Assembly: GCA_016748015.1 (NCBI GenBank)
Contig: JAAOMT010000282.1
Coordinates: 124,001-188,000 of the forward strand
Direction: 5' to 3'
DNA: 64,000 nucleotides
Source: Geosiphon pyriformis uo1
Taxonomy: Eukaryota > Fungi > Glomeromycota
This document shows, in pieces, positions 15,430 through 28,291 of this stretch (positions within the stretch are counted from its first letter, which is position 1; every line of letters begins with the position of its first letter). The notes under the pieces are model-generated. The model worked only from the letters and a program-made list of their open reading frames with translations, made no database searches and was not told the origin of the DNA. A program made the position numbers and the translations under genes.

Positions 15430-16837
15430 CTTGTTTAGAATTTATTTATGCTAAAAGATAATAATATAATAATTATAAATAAAATTTTTAATTAATAAAT
15501 ATTTTAATAACATGATAAAAATAATTTTTTTATTACAATTTGTTAATTATTTAAGAATAATTTTTTAATTAAAATTTAACTTGGTTCTAGTTATTACAAT
15601 TAACAATAAATAAATATTGACCATATTTTGAGCATCCGTTTGTTTTAAATTTCGCGTTAAATGATAATTTACCAAGATTTTTATCAAGATTTCTTATTCT
15701 TGAAAGTAAAAAGTTCACTTTGTAACTACTTAACTGCAAAGTAGGAGTTCATCAAGTAAACCGAATTACCCTAAAGATATATTACAAGTTAGTGTAGCTT
15801 TTCTTAATGTTTACAAATAATTTTTGCAAAGTTTTAATAATAAACAGTATATATATATGTTTATATCTATATCTCATGAATTGTATCCTATAATCAAAAT
15901 TTTAATTTTTTAATAAACTCTTGTTTTAAAGTAGTAATAAAGTATTTCTCATTAGGTTACAAAGAAAGAATGAAAAAAAGAATGAAAGAAAGAATGAAAG
16001 AATGAAAGAATGAAAGGATGAGACAAAATTATTTTAGAGATAATACATGTCATAAGAGGTCCCTATACGAAAATTTTTAAAATTTTTTCAAATGTCTTAT
16101 CTTATGTTGTACCAACATATGCACAGCATGAAGCATCATTGTATATTTTCCGCCTCTCATCACTCGTAAAATTTTTGGAAATTTCCCAAATAACTGGAGA
16201 GTGCATGGCAAAGGTTAATCATTAACACGATTTTGCATATGCATTTTTTAGTCTAGATAAAAATTGGATCTCATGACATTTTTGATGCAACTCAGTAAGA
16301 CACTCGTGACTCAGGAGATTGACAAAGTAAATTTTCTGGAAAATCTTTGAAAAAAAAAAAAAAAAATTCCTTGCCTTTTCTTAAATTCTGAAAAGTTTTT
16401 TTATTTTTTTGGTGTATAGTAGTAATTTTTATGATAATTATTTGTAAAATAAAATTATTTCAAGAATTAAGAAAATTATATTTTTAACATATTTAATTGC
16501 AATTTGGAATTGAAAAGTTTTATTTGGGATTTTTTTTAATAATAATAGAAAATTTGATAAAATAAATTTTTTTTCATTAACTAAAAATTTCCAACCAGAA
16601 AGTTTAAATGAATATATTTTAAAACAAAATCTGAATTCCGATCATAGGCATAAAATTATACAAATATCAAAGTTTTGCTTTTCCAGCCAAATAATTAATG
16701 TAAACAAAATGGTAAAATTTCCATTTTCTCTCTTGTAAATTTTTCACGCTTAATAATCACATGGCCATATGACCATAATAAACAAAATTTTTTTAATAAT
16801 AAAACTCTTGTTTTATATTGTTAAAAATAATAAACGA

Positions 16838-16838
<1 letters not shown>

Positions 16839-16871
<33 letters not shown>
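16839..16871. repeat. (ATT)n microsatellite
   Basis: Direct reading. Confidence 0.9.
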
Positions 16872-16878
<7 letters not shown>

Positions 16879-17865
16879 TTTTAAATTTAAACAATCATCA
16901 AAAATTTAGTTCTTTATCCAACCCCAATAATAGTTTATAATCACTTGATGACTTTTTTTGCGAGCAACTTTCAATCAAAAAAAAAAGACAAGATTGTCAA
17001 ACTTTTAGAAAGGCATATAGGTTGATTAGTGAAGCTTAATAAATTTTTAAAATGCATTTATTTTTAATACTTGTACATATAATTAAGAATAGCCATGCGA
17101 CAATTAATGTAATACAATTTTGGAAAAAAAAAAGAAAGTTTACTTGTTTAATAAGCAGATCAAGGTTTTTTTTGTTGAAACCCTTTTTTTTTCCTCAATT
17201 GGTATTCTAATTCAATTGACATGACATGTTGTTGATAATATATATATATATATATATATAATCTTATTTTAATTTTAGTCACTCAATCGATCAATCAATC
17301 AATCAATTAATGAATGAATGAATGTCTGAATGAATCAATTTATTTATTTATTTAACTATTTATTTATCTAAATACTTTTTATAAAAAACTTACTTTGTAG
17401 ATACGAAAATCATTCAATTGATAAATATTGTATATAAAAAGCTTTGTTTATTGAAACCTTCTTTATTTTCAATGGGTATAGAGGTACCCTGTAGATCTTG
17501 GGCTCGTGATGCTGTACAAAAAAGTTTGATTCCCCCACACAATAAAACTTAAAGTAAAAAGAAATCATATTGATTATTTATTTTATTTTATTTTATTTTT
17601 TAATGATATCATTACACATCAAAAGGGAGACGAAAAAAAAAAAAAAGGGGAAAAGCAGCTGTCAAAATTTTTATATATATAGTTGTACAACAATCATTGA
17701 TCTATGTTTAACAAATATATATTAATGAATTAAATATATAGATTCAAATAGGAAGGCATTGTTTTGTGATGTTTCAGCGGGGGGTTATGAATTGTTTTTA
17801 ATGATGATTATAGTTAATTTTCTGTTTTGTCACCTCAATCTAAACTTTAGATAAAATATGATGCG

Positions 17866-17931
<66 letters not shown>

Positions 17932-17949
17932 GTTGTTGTTGTTGTTGTT
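17866..17949. repeat. Compound (ATT)n(GTT)n microsatellite
   Basis: Direct reading; explains the poly-Leu ORF 17858-18076. Confidence 0.95.
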
Positions 17950-18024
17950 AAAAAATCTCAAAATTAATAATTTTTTCCCCTTGAAATCTCACTTGATTTC
18001 AACCTTTTTTTTTTTTTTTTTTTT

Positions 18025-18061
18025 NNNNNNNNNNNNNNNNNNNNNNNNNNNNNNNNNNNNN
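18025..18061. other. Assembly gap (N run) next to a poly-T tract
   Basis: 37 N bases preceded by T20. Confidence 0.99.
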
Positions 18062-19230
18062 TATAAAATTTCTTAGCCAAAATTGGTTTATGCATCTTTG
18101 TTGTCTAGACTTTATAATACATTTTACTTTTTACCATGAGAGTAACACGATCACGCGTTACTCAATGTTTGTTTAACAAGAGTATAATTATTCGGCTTAA
18201 AATGACGAATTCTGCATCATTAAATTTTAATTCAAAAATTATTGCAATCACGGGCTTCTAATAAGATAATGAAAGCTTTATTCTTTTTAAATGTGAAAAT
18301 TTTTACCTGGAACGTGAATTTCAATTATTATTATTATTATTATTATTCATAAGAAATTTAATTATTATTATTTGAAGAAATGAGCTAAAAATAGTTTTTA
18401 TTATTACAAAATAAAATAAAAATTACGAAATAATCTTTGAATTACCATTTTGAAATGGATTTTCAGTTATTTTATTAATAATTTGAAATAATTTTTTTTA
18501 AAAGAAAAAGGAATAACATTTGAGAGCAACAAGTTTTAAATTTTAAAGAAAAATAAATAAATGTATAAATATATATATCAAATAAATATATATATATATT
18601 TATAATTTGTGATATTTAAAACCAATTAAAAGTTTTAAATTAATTAATAATATTAATTTTATAGAATTTATTAAAAAGATTTTTAAAATTTCTAATTTAA
18701 AAAATTAAAATTAATTAAACTTTTTTTTTCCGAGTTTTTATACTGTACCTTAAAATTTTTTCAATAACCAAGTAAACTTTTTTTTTTTTATAAAGAATTT
18801 CTTTACTTTCATCTGATTATATCTTCTGAATAGTAATTAATATTTCAACCAAAATTTAATCCTTATAAACTATTTTATAGATTTAAATTACTATTGTAAA
18901 CGATTATAACCTAAAGAATATAAACAACCGAATCAAAATAAAATTATTTGGCTTATTCAAAATCTTTGATAAAGTAGAAAAAAATTTTTTTTTCATTTGA
19001 CATTAAAATATTTATTTGGTATATATAGATTAAAGAAAAATTATAAAATTTTCTTTATTTTCTAAAACAATCTATTTTGATTGAAAAACGAAAAAAACTA
19101 GAAAGTATAAAATTTTTTAATTAATTTCAAAAAATTAATCATTTCACAATCTTATAAAATAAAATCTATTTTTTGCTAAAAACTATATTTTTATCTTTTT
19201 CAAATTTAGATGAAAATAAATTTGGATATT

Positions 19231-19265
19231 AAAATAAAATAAAATAAAATAAAATAAAATAAAAT
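19231..19265. repeat. (AAAAT)n microsatellite
   Basis: Seven units at the right edge of an A/T island. Confidence 0.9.
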
Positions 19266-21987
19266 ACCTCAAAATCATCACAACTTCTTTTCTCAACTTC
19301 CACGCAGGTACACGTGCTGTCATACCATTAAAATTATTAATACACAAATAATCAAAGAACTTTTTCTAATTTTACTTTCTACCTCTTAAGAAAAACTATC
19401 TAGAAAAGAAAAAAATTGTGGGTCCAAGTGATGGAAAGAGAAATACTCCGAGGATTCTGTTATCTATTTGTAATAAAAACAAATCAGATTTATGAAATCT
19501 ATTAATAATATTTTAATTAAAAATATTTTGATAGAATCTATTAGGTTTATCATCCCACCGAGTATACAAAAATGATAAGTGTTATCTCTTATTGAAGTGA
19601 AATCCTGAAAAGTAACAATTAATTCTTACGAAAAAAAAAATGGCCGTAACCAAACAAAAATGTAAATAGTAAATACCAACAATCAAAAACAAAACACAAA
19701 CAAATCAATGCTTATAGAGCACATGTATGGTGTTGAAAGTATTAAAAAATATATATATATATATATATGTATATATATTTTAATACTTTAAACAATGATA
19801 ATTGTTTATTCCCATTCCATCAAGAATTAAATATTCCTCGCAATATATCTCAAAAAATTGTAGTAATAATAAACTTGTTGATCAACATAAGATTTACTTT
19901 TTTTGATTGTATCATACTTTTTTTTTTTTAACATTTAGAACTTTTGACTAATCTGAAATTTCAGTCAACGATTTTCGTCATTTCAAATTCTCATCAATTT
20001 TTATCCTAACTAAATTTCTCATACTCCTTTTTTTCCTTTTCCCTTTTCTTTTTTTTTTCTTCCATTTTTTCCAATTCATCAGTCCTTGATACTATTTTAC
20101 CTCATGATATCCCCCTATCAATGGGCTGAATTAGTAGTACAATGATGTCAATAAACAGTCGGTTTATCTTTTGATCCATTTGCAAGGAAAAACGTGATCA
20201 TTCGAATATTCGTAAATTTGAATACTTTCTTCTCCTTTTCTAAAAAATTCATTTGATTACACACATTTATTCAACTTACAGGATCATTAAAAAAAAAACA
20301 AATCAAAATGATTCGAATATCTTAAGCCAAAGTTAAAGAAAAAAAATATAACCTATGCATGCGTCTTGTAAGATAAAACTTTATACGCCAAAGAGTCCAA
20401 GGTGAACAATGAGTGACAAATTCACTATTTTTTTGTTGTTGTTGTTGTTGCTGTTCTATTGTTCTTTCCATTGTCTTTCAACCAATGTTATCATTGATAT
20501 ATGATTTTTATACTTAAATCAGGTGACTTTTGAATGACGATAATTTTTTATAATTTTAGAGAGCGTTAAATCATTAGCGAAAACTTTTTTGATTTGTACA
20601 ATTTCGAAGCATTCATGTCAATCCTAAAAAGATCAGAAATTTTTCCTTGTCAATTCACCTTTTTTGGTTTCTCATTTCATGATATTGAGTACTTTCAGCC
20701 GACATACTACCTGTTTACTTCATCAATTTTTTTCGCTGCATTCAAATTTGGCGGCATGCGTTGTTGTATGTATGAATAAAAAATTTTTCCGCATTAGAAG
20801 TTTAAATGTCACCTCCTGGTACATCACTGGTAATGTACAATTGGGTAAAATTTAGGTAAATTATCATTTAATTTGCACCCGTTTCAAACTTTAAGAGAAA
20901 TTGCAAAATCTGAATCTTGAACTTTTTAATATATGAGATTAAACATATTTTTATAATTATTAAATAAAAGTCCAAAATTAATATATTAATCAACGCAATC
21001 AAACAACCAGTAAAGATGGCACTACAACTCAATGTGATGCTAAATTGTCACATGGTTGTAATTCCGAATCATATAGACACAATAGTTATAACCAATATGA
21101 CGACGTTTATTTATCATACTCACATCCCATCTTTAGATACTAGGTTCATACAACAAATGCCCTCTATTAAATTATCCGGATTTTCTGTGATATTGTATTG
21201 AATACGTTATGAACATGGGGTTTCCAGAAAATGGTAATAATTATTTCCATTGTTCAAATACGGGGAAGTACTTATCGTTGATATCGTGGAATACGGGAAA
21301 TTGAATTTTTTTTTATCATAGGAAATCAATGATTTCATCATTTCATCATGGCTATTCACGATAAGATAAATTCATCTAATATATGAAACGACTTTTACAA
21401 TAGTAAAAAAAAATCTCATGCTTCAAAAATATTGCAATATTTATTGTCCAACATGAAAAGCCTGATCATTTGACATTTCGGAACATTTTTCAAGTCGAAA
21501 AACTTGGAAATCTGGAAAATAATCCTTATCAGATATGACCTCATCGTAAATTATGAATTTTATTGGCTATTCAATTAGTGAAAACTTTTTTTTAACATTT
21601 TAGTGACATTTTTATTAAATGGGGCTTCTCGCATTTAATCGCCAGAATTAGTAAATCTGAAAGATAATTTTTAGTTTTTCCTGAAAGCTCTCATAACGGT
21701 ACAAGTGAATAGGACTTTTCAAGGTCATGAGTGGAGAGAAGCCGGATATTTCCTGTTAAAAATAGCGGTTATTTTAGGAGTACATAATTTTGACAGACTT
21801 AATGTCATAAAAATTTTAATCGAGTTAAAAATTTTCAAGACCACGAAAAGTGGCAGTGATTCAACTAATTTTCCAGGTTTATTATCTCTGAGTATAAGGG
21901 GCTTCTTTTTCAATTTCCTAGACCGATTAAATTATCATTATCAAAAGTTTATCATTATTTCCTCGTTTTGAACATAATAGGCCCACC

Positions 21988-21995
21988 TTCTTCCT

Positions 21996-22071
<76 letters not shown>

Positions 22072-22086
22072 TCCTTCCTTCCTTCT
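21988..22086. repeat. (TTTC)n/(TTCC)n polypyrimidine microsatellite
   Basis: About 100 nt of pure pyrimidine; explains the KERK-repeat ORF. Confidence 0.95.
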
Positions 22087-22517
22087 TTTGTTTTGATTTT
22101 AACATGGCAAAACATGTTTCAGATAACTAGGTTTCGATTTTTCTGCATAAATATTATGTATTTCAAAAGTCTTGTTTGAATCATAATTAATTTTTAATAT
22201 ATCCAATAATGTCATTAATATACTTAATATATACAATTATTAAACCCAGTATCATATTTCGACTTTTGAAATTTTCATCCAGTATAGGTTTGAATTCATT
22301 TCCCTAAAGAATTAATTATCATATCATAACCAATTATCATATCAAAACTGTTTTCCAGAAATCTTTTCAATAAACCTAAAATCTTGATCCACACGTTTTA
22401 CAACGCTTTTTTATTCTTCCCAAAAGAGCCATCTAAATATATCGCTCTATCTGATATTCATGACGAGGACCATTATCATGCCCAAAGAATACAAAAAAAG
22501 TTTTTGATCATTTTAGC

Positions 22518-22583
22518 ATCATCATCATCATCATCATAATCATCATAATCATAATCATCACCCATCATCATCATCACCATCAT
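22518..22583. repeat. Imperfect (CAT)n microsatellite
   Basis: Direct reading. Confidence 0.85.
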
Positions 22584-23278
22584 ACATATCTTGCATAAAG
22601 CAAAAGAAAAATAGATTTCAGTCTTGATTTATCTTTTGGAAAAAAAGAGATTGAAAAACGCCACGATTCCAATTTCCAGGTGAAAATTTATCGAAATTTT
22701 GTGGTAAATCGTGAGATCGAGCAAAGTTAGAGCGGAATAGCAGCATCTATTTTTTCTGACCACCAATCATCAATCATTTTAAATTAATCAACATTGATTG
22801 GCCAAACCCTTGTGATTAAACCTTTTCCGGTGATACCGCATGCCTTTACATGAAAAAGAATCCACGAGAAAAGGGCTGGGATTGTTTATTAAAGTTTAGA
22901 AAGAGTTGATATTTTCTTAGGTAATTGGTTTTGGAACTAAGGGAAAGGTAAAAGACTAAGCAAAGGATAGATTAGTAATTTTGATAGGCTGACAAAAACG
23001 TGTAGACAATTTATTTGAGTGAAAGTACTCTTTTAAAATCGGGTCTAGGCCTATTTATTGAACCTTATGGATGGATGGATGGATCAATAATGAAAAATCA
23101 CTGTTCATCATCATCATTTTGTTAGTAACCTTCTTATCTGCAAGAGTGCACATTCCTGCACTTTTTTGATCCAAACAAACTAGTCAAGGAACAAGTTTAT
23201 GACAAAACTTACCCAGCACTCCTAAAGATCAGCAGCAGCTAATAATGTCTCAACTTTTGATTGGAGGGCAAAAGGGTG

Positions 23279-23317
23279 ATAGTGGTAGTAGTTGTAGTAG
23301 TGGTAGTTGTAGTAGTG

Positions 23318-23355
<38 letters not shown>

Positions 23356-23375
23356 GGTGGTGGTGGTAATGGTAG
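23279..23375. repeat. Compound (TAG)n(TGG)n microsatellite
   Basis: Direct reading; explains the Ser/Gly and His/Tyr ORFs at 23222-23430. Confidence 0.9.
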
Positions 23376-24072
23376 TTTGGCTTTGAAATTTCCCTGGTTT
23401 CCAATTAAATTTCATATGTCAACATTTTGAATATTAGGGGCCGGATACTTTCTGTGAAATTTAATTCAAAAATTTTTAATACGATTCTAAGACGACTCAG
23501 GATGTTTATTACAGAGCATGTCTAGATTGAAACATGGTGCTCAATCGCGTTCAATTTTTTATCCTAATTTTAAATATCAATATTTATCATGCTAGTGGGA
23601 TGAGACTATGAATCGAGTAAAAAGTGGACAACAACAACATTTAAAGATTATAAAAATTCATAGAGTGATGCACAAACTAATCATTCATGAGGATTTTTTC
23701 AAATTTTCCAAGACCTTGAAAAAAGATGAAAACAAAAATGGTTAATCAAAATTCAAATCACTATTGATATGAAAATGATTCAGACTGATTAATGTCAACA
23801 ACCACAAATACAAAGATTAAATTTTTTAAATTTCAGCGAAAAACTTTACGCCAAATTTTTTATTTGACTCAAACACCTAAAGTTATTTTCTCGTTTCATT
23901 CTATCTTTTATTTTTAATTTTTCTAAAAGTTTCCTTTTTCTATCATTTATTTAACGACAGACATATCAACTTTGTTGTACAACCATACAGCAGCAGCAAT
24001 ACGACGTAGGTATCATATAATGCAGATTTATGAAAATTTTAATATCAATGTTTTGGAAAGTTCGCAGCTTTG

Positions 24073-24110
24073 TCATCATCATCATCATCATCATTATCAT
24101 CAACATCATC
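24073..24110. repeat. Imperfect (CAT)n microsatellite
   Basis: Direct reading. Confidence 0.85.
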
Positions 24111-25059
24111 AATTTATCATGTGGGTGAGGTTTCGATCTTTTACCCTCGTGTTTTTTGACGGTCCCAAGGTTCTGCTTTCGCTTTCGCTATTATCCTTAA
24201 TTGCTGTCTTTTGCTCCTTCTAATACTTCTGTTACCATTAATGCTGCATTAATGTGTACTAACTCTTGATTATAATATGAAAAGCGCATGTTTTGAGAAG
24301 GAATTCAATAATAATAATAATAATAATAATAATTATCACACTCCGAGAAAATCACTACTACCCCGACCCAAAATTACGTTCCAAAAAACCTTTAATATCA
24401 GTACTGGTCTCATACGTAACATCCCTTATTTTTATTATTGATAGACAAGATAATGATAAAATTACCAGTTCCAGGCACCTATGTTGTAACTAATTAATGG
24501 AGGTGGTGCTAGTGTTAGTGCTAGTGCTGGTGGTGGTGGTTTTGGTAGTTGTGCTGTTGGAGGTGAGCATAGTTCCTGGTCTCCCTCAATTTTACAAAGT
24601 TGTTAACTTGATAAATTTTAGAAATGTTCCATGATATGTGCATTATCATGATGATTTATGATTTAGGATTACAATAAATTGACTTAGGTAGTATAAACAT
24701 TTATGCTCACTAATTTTAGGTAGCTGTTTTACTGGTTGAGGAGTCATAAAAAGAAAATATTATGATTGATTCTTTTTGAAAACTTGGAGTTAATCATCTG
24801 TATGAAATAAAGTAATGAGAATGGATTTCAAGATAGCATTTTTAGCGATGAAGCGGAATATCGTTTTTGTTTGACTTTATTAAACTTTCTTTGAGATATG
24901 GTAAAGAAATCTTTATAGTTTCTACCCCATTATTGAAAATGTATGAATTTCGAAATTCGTGCCTGCCTTTGAAGATGAGATTAGTATGATTTAGATTTTC
25001 ATTTATTTTTTAAAGGGGGTAATTGAGATTAAAGTGTAAAAGAGAAACGAGAAATTTTT

Positions 25060-25104
25060 AATGAATTTTATGAAACTTGTAATGAATCTTATGAAACTTG
25101 TAAT
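25060..25104. repeat. 21-bp tandem duplication
   Basis: aatgaattttatgaaacttgt followed by aatgaatcttatgaaacttgt. Confidence 0.85.
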
Positions 25105-25453
25105 TTAACCATCAAAAATTTTTACATTTACAACTTTTCAATTTACAAGAATAATTACAATATATCAAAAAAAAAAAAAAATTTCTTTCTTTCTAATAAA
25201 AAACAAGTAAGACAAAAAATTTTGAGAAGCTTTTCAAAGAAATCATTTTTTTTTTAAACAATAAACTAAACTTATTTTTCATTTATAACGTATAAACTTT
25301 TTTTTTTCTCGGCAGTCAATCAGCTTAATAGAGAAATACACCTACCCCCCGAGGCTTACTACTATCACCATTAGAAGTAACAACAATGGTGTTCAAATCA
25401 CAAAATTATAATAATGCAATATTATCTATCTGTTTTTTTTGTAACTCTAAACA

Positions 25454-25454
<1 letters not shown>

Positions 25455-25488
<34 letters not shown>

Positions 25489-25526
25489 CTACTATCAAGT
25501 ATTCGAAAAAAAAAAAAAAAAAAAAA
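25455..25526. repeat. (AC)n microsatellite followed by a poly-A run
   Basis: Direct reading. Confidence 0.9.
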
Positions 25527-25884
25527 GGGTCAGCATGTCAAGTTACACGGCACATAAAAATTTTTTTTTGATCAATCTGTAATCCATTTTAAACACATGT
25601 ATTACTACCCACAAATATGATCTTATATTAAATATAGATAACTGATGTGTGTGTCCCTTTTTTTTTTCAATTTTATCACATTTACAATGATTGTTTTACA
25701 ACCGGTAGCTATCTTTTTCAAGGAATGTTTTGATACTCCTACCCTTTTCTTATATCCCCAACTAATATAACCTTTACTATTCCTCATTTATTTTTGTTAA
25801 AGTCACCTCCGTTTTTTTTATATTACACACTTATTCTCTTATTTTAGGTTCTACATGTACTCTTGAGTACAATAATTAAATTCT

Positions 25885-25886
<2 letters not shown>

Positions 25887-25933
<47 letters not shown>
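25887..25933. repeat. (ATT)n microsatellite
   Basis: Direct reading. Confidence 0.95.
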
Positions 25934-26612
25934 CACCAACATTAATAAAATTGATTTAATACTATATAATAAATTATATATCATCATAGAAATCATTATA
26001 TCCCTAAAGACCCCGGTTTCGTCATCGTAATACTTAATTACTTTACCATAATCTTTTAGCAATTCGAAATAGTGAATAATAAATCAACTATTTCATAAAA
26101 AATCTCCATATCATCAAAAGCATCACTCTGAAACTGATTCTATTACACGCATTACTACTAATTTTATTACTACACTACCACTAAACATATTAAAAATCAC
26201 CGTCTAAAATAACAAAAATCTTACTTACTTATATTCTCCTTTTTTTAAAACTTTATATCAAATTTTATTTTACGACACACATTTTCTTGGCCCGAGACGA
26301 CTACCATTACAATAACGAACAAAAAAAAACGAGTGACATCAAAACAACATCATCATCATCAACATCAGGAATCATCAGTCAATCAATATTACTACGAGTG
26401 TTTCGAAACGTGTATTAAATTATTCGATTTTTTGTATATATACCAACCACCCATCACAAAAATTTCTTTTTAGAAAATCAGACAACAAAACGGCTTTGGC
26501 TTTTTTTCTGACTTTGAACAATCGTAAACCTTGAATTTGTTTCCTTGTTATTTTCTACGACTCTATCAACCCCTTAACCATTCTAGTTTTGTCTGAGTTG
26601 AAAAATCTCCTT

Positions 26613-26723
26613 CTCCATTTTTTACGTTTTCCTCATTTTTTACGTTTTCCCCATTTCTTTTTTCTTTTGGTTCCTTCCTAACCAACAAACCGACCAACCA
26701 ACCAACAAACCAACAAACCAACC
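26613..26723. repeat. 18-bp duplication (cattttttacgttttcc) followed by an imperfect (CCAA/CAAA)n tract
   Basis: Direct reading; lies within the putative leader. Confidence 0.8.
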
Positions 26724-26851
26724 AGTCAATATCAACAAACGTCCAGGTCATTATCTAAGCCTTCATAAAGTCGTCACTTTTAACGTTTAAACCTTCTTGT
26801 TTATTCGTGGTTCTTTATTACTTTAACGATTTTCAATTGTTAAAATCCATC

Positions 26852-26866
26852 ATGTCTCTGATTTAA
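26852..26866 (+). promoter_or_regulatory. Candidate upstream ORF (MSLI*)
   Basis: ATG TCT CTG ATT TAA with A at -3. It is the only ATG found in the putative leader. Confidence 0.35.
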
Positions 26867-27363
26867 TAAAATTTTTCGAAAAAACCTCATTAACGAACTT
26901 TTCAATTGGGAATTTACAATACGATAATTTCGAGAAAATTTTAATCCTACTTTTTTCTAATTAAATTTCATTATCTCACTTTGAAATTTAAATTCATTCT
27001 AATCCCCTGACTCGATCAAACCAGATTTTCTCAACGATTAATCTTTTATAAAGACCCAAATCCTTTTTATTCTACTGTCTATTCCCAAACGATTTTTATA
27101 GTGCCGATTTTATTTTACGTTTTTTAATTCTTCTTTCGGTTTCAATTTTTCGCACACGGTTCGTTGTACATTTTTAACGCGTTTTCAAACTTTTTTCGTG
27201 TACATTTTTACTTTTCTTTATAAAACGAGAGTTTTTTTTTTGTTTTTTTTCGAATTTTCCATTTCATCCACCAAGTCACGATTCTTTTTTTTTTAAAACA
27301 CTTGGGAACATTACATATTGAGTTTCAATCATACATATATCACCTACATAACGTGCATAAAAT

Positions 27364-27467
27364 ACACACACGCACACACGCACACACACACACATACACA
27401 CACAATATATTTTGTTTTTTAGTGGATTCCAATCTTACTTAAAAACCTACAACATCTTCCATTTCCA

Positions 27468-27498
<31 letters not shown>
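27364..27498. repeat. (CA)n and (CT)n microsatellites 290-420 nt upstream of the start codon
   Basis: Imperfect (CA)n at 27364-27404 and (CT)n at 27470-27498. Confidence 0.9.
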
Positions 27499-27502
<4 letters not shown>

Positions 27503-27787
27503 CAAAAAATCTTTATTATTCTCAATAAAAATTTGACCCACTTGTAATTTCGGTAAATTTAGTCCTTTTTCATATCTAGTCCACTTTTTTTATATTTTCT
27601 TTTTACCAATTACAATAATCCTGCACAATTTTGGGTTACACTTGAACACAACCCATAATAAAATATACGAATATATTGTTTCCACACTAAAATATACATA
27701 TTAACAGATCACTCGTACAGTTTCCAGTTTTGAAAAACAAATCGATTTGATCAACATTATTCATAATCAACTTCAACATCAACATCT

Positions 27788-28181
27788 ATGGAGTCTCAAT
27801 CAATGATAACTGTAGTCAACGGTGTTTCATCAGTTTCCACTATGGGTCTCCCGCTGGTAACATCATCAACCACAACCGGAGGGGTATCTATAATAGCCTC
27901 TAATCATAATTCGTCGGATGATATAATAAATAATCATAATCATACAACCTCCTCCTCGATAATTGTTTCGAATACAGAAACAAGTTCTCCCCGAGAAAGG
28001 CGAAAATCCGTAAGATTTAGTAGATTCGAGAAAGTTTATTATACTCATTCTCCAGGGAATTATGATCGATCACCTATAGATTTGGAATTTCCACGGCAGT
28101 CAAAAAAGACTGCTATGAAATCGATTCCGATGCCATCGATGCCTATAATCCCTGCTTCAGCTCCTTCATTGAATCATCACT

Positions 28182-28213
<32 letters not shown>

Positions 28214-28291
28214 GCACATGGAATGATGGGTTCGATTATTATTCAACACCCGACAAATCTTTACACTTCACAACCAATTATTGGTAATTGA
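27788..28291 (+). CDS. Small intrinsically disordered protein (167 aa), putative protein phosphatase 1 (PP1/Glc7) regulatory subunit with a C-terminal poly-His tract
   Basis: Longest non-TE ORF in the track. True ATG start with an in-frame upstream stop (TAA 27764), and higher GC than the flanks. Contains RRKSVRFSRFEKVYYTHSPGNYDRSPID (aa 71-98): RVxF (KSVRF), then a hydrophobic pair (VY), then YDR, the arrangement known from neurabin/spinophilin, Phactr and fungal Bni4. Flanked by an ATG-poor leader and a TGTA-rich 3' region. Confidence 0.8.

Larger units (their letters stand above)
25858..27787 (+). promoter_or_regulatory. Putative very long 5' leader / proximal promoter of the 27788 gene
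   Basis: C-rich and G-poor on the + strand. I find only one ATG (26852) between 25858 and 27787, although CAT is frequent. TATATAA-like element near 25973. Intron-like signals (GTAAAT at 27553; CTAA...TTAACAG ending 27707) suggest a possible UTR intron. The TSS cannot be fixed from sequence. Confidence 0.5.

Noticed and set aside
17470-17540. tRNA-like look (GGGTATAGAGGTA ... GTTTGATTCCCC)
   Set aside because: I could not build acceptor, anticodon or T stems, and the B-box is imperfect.
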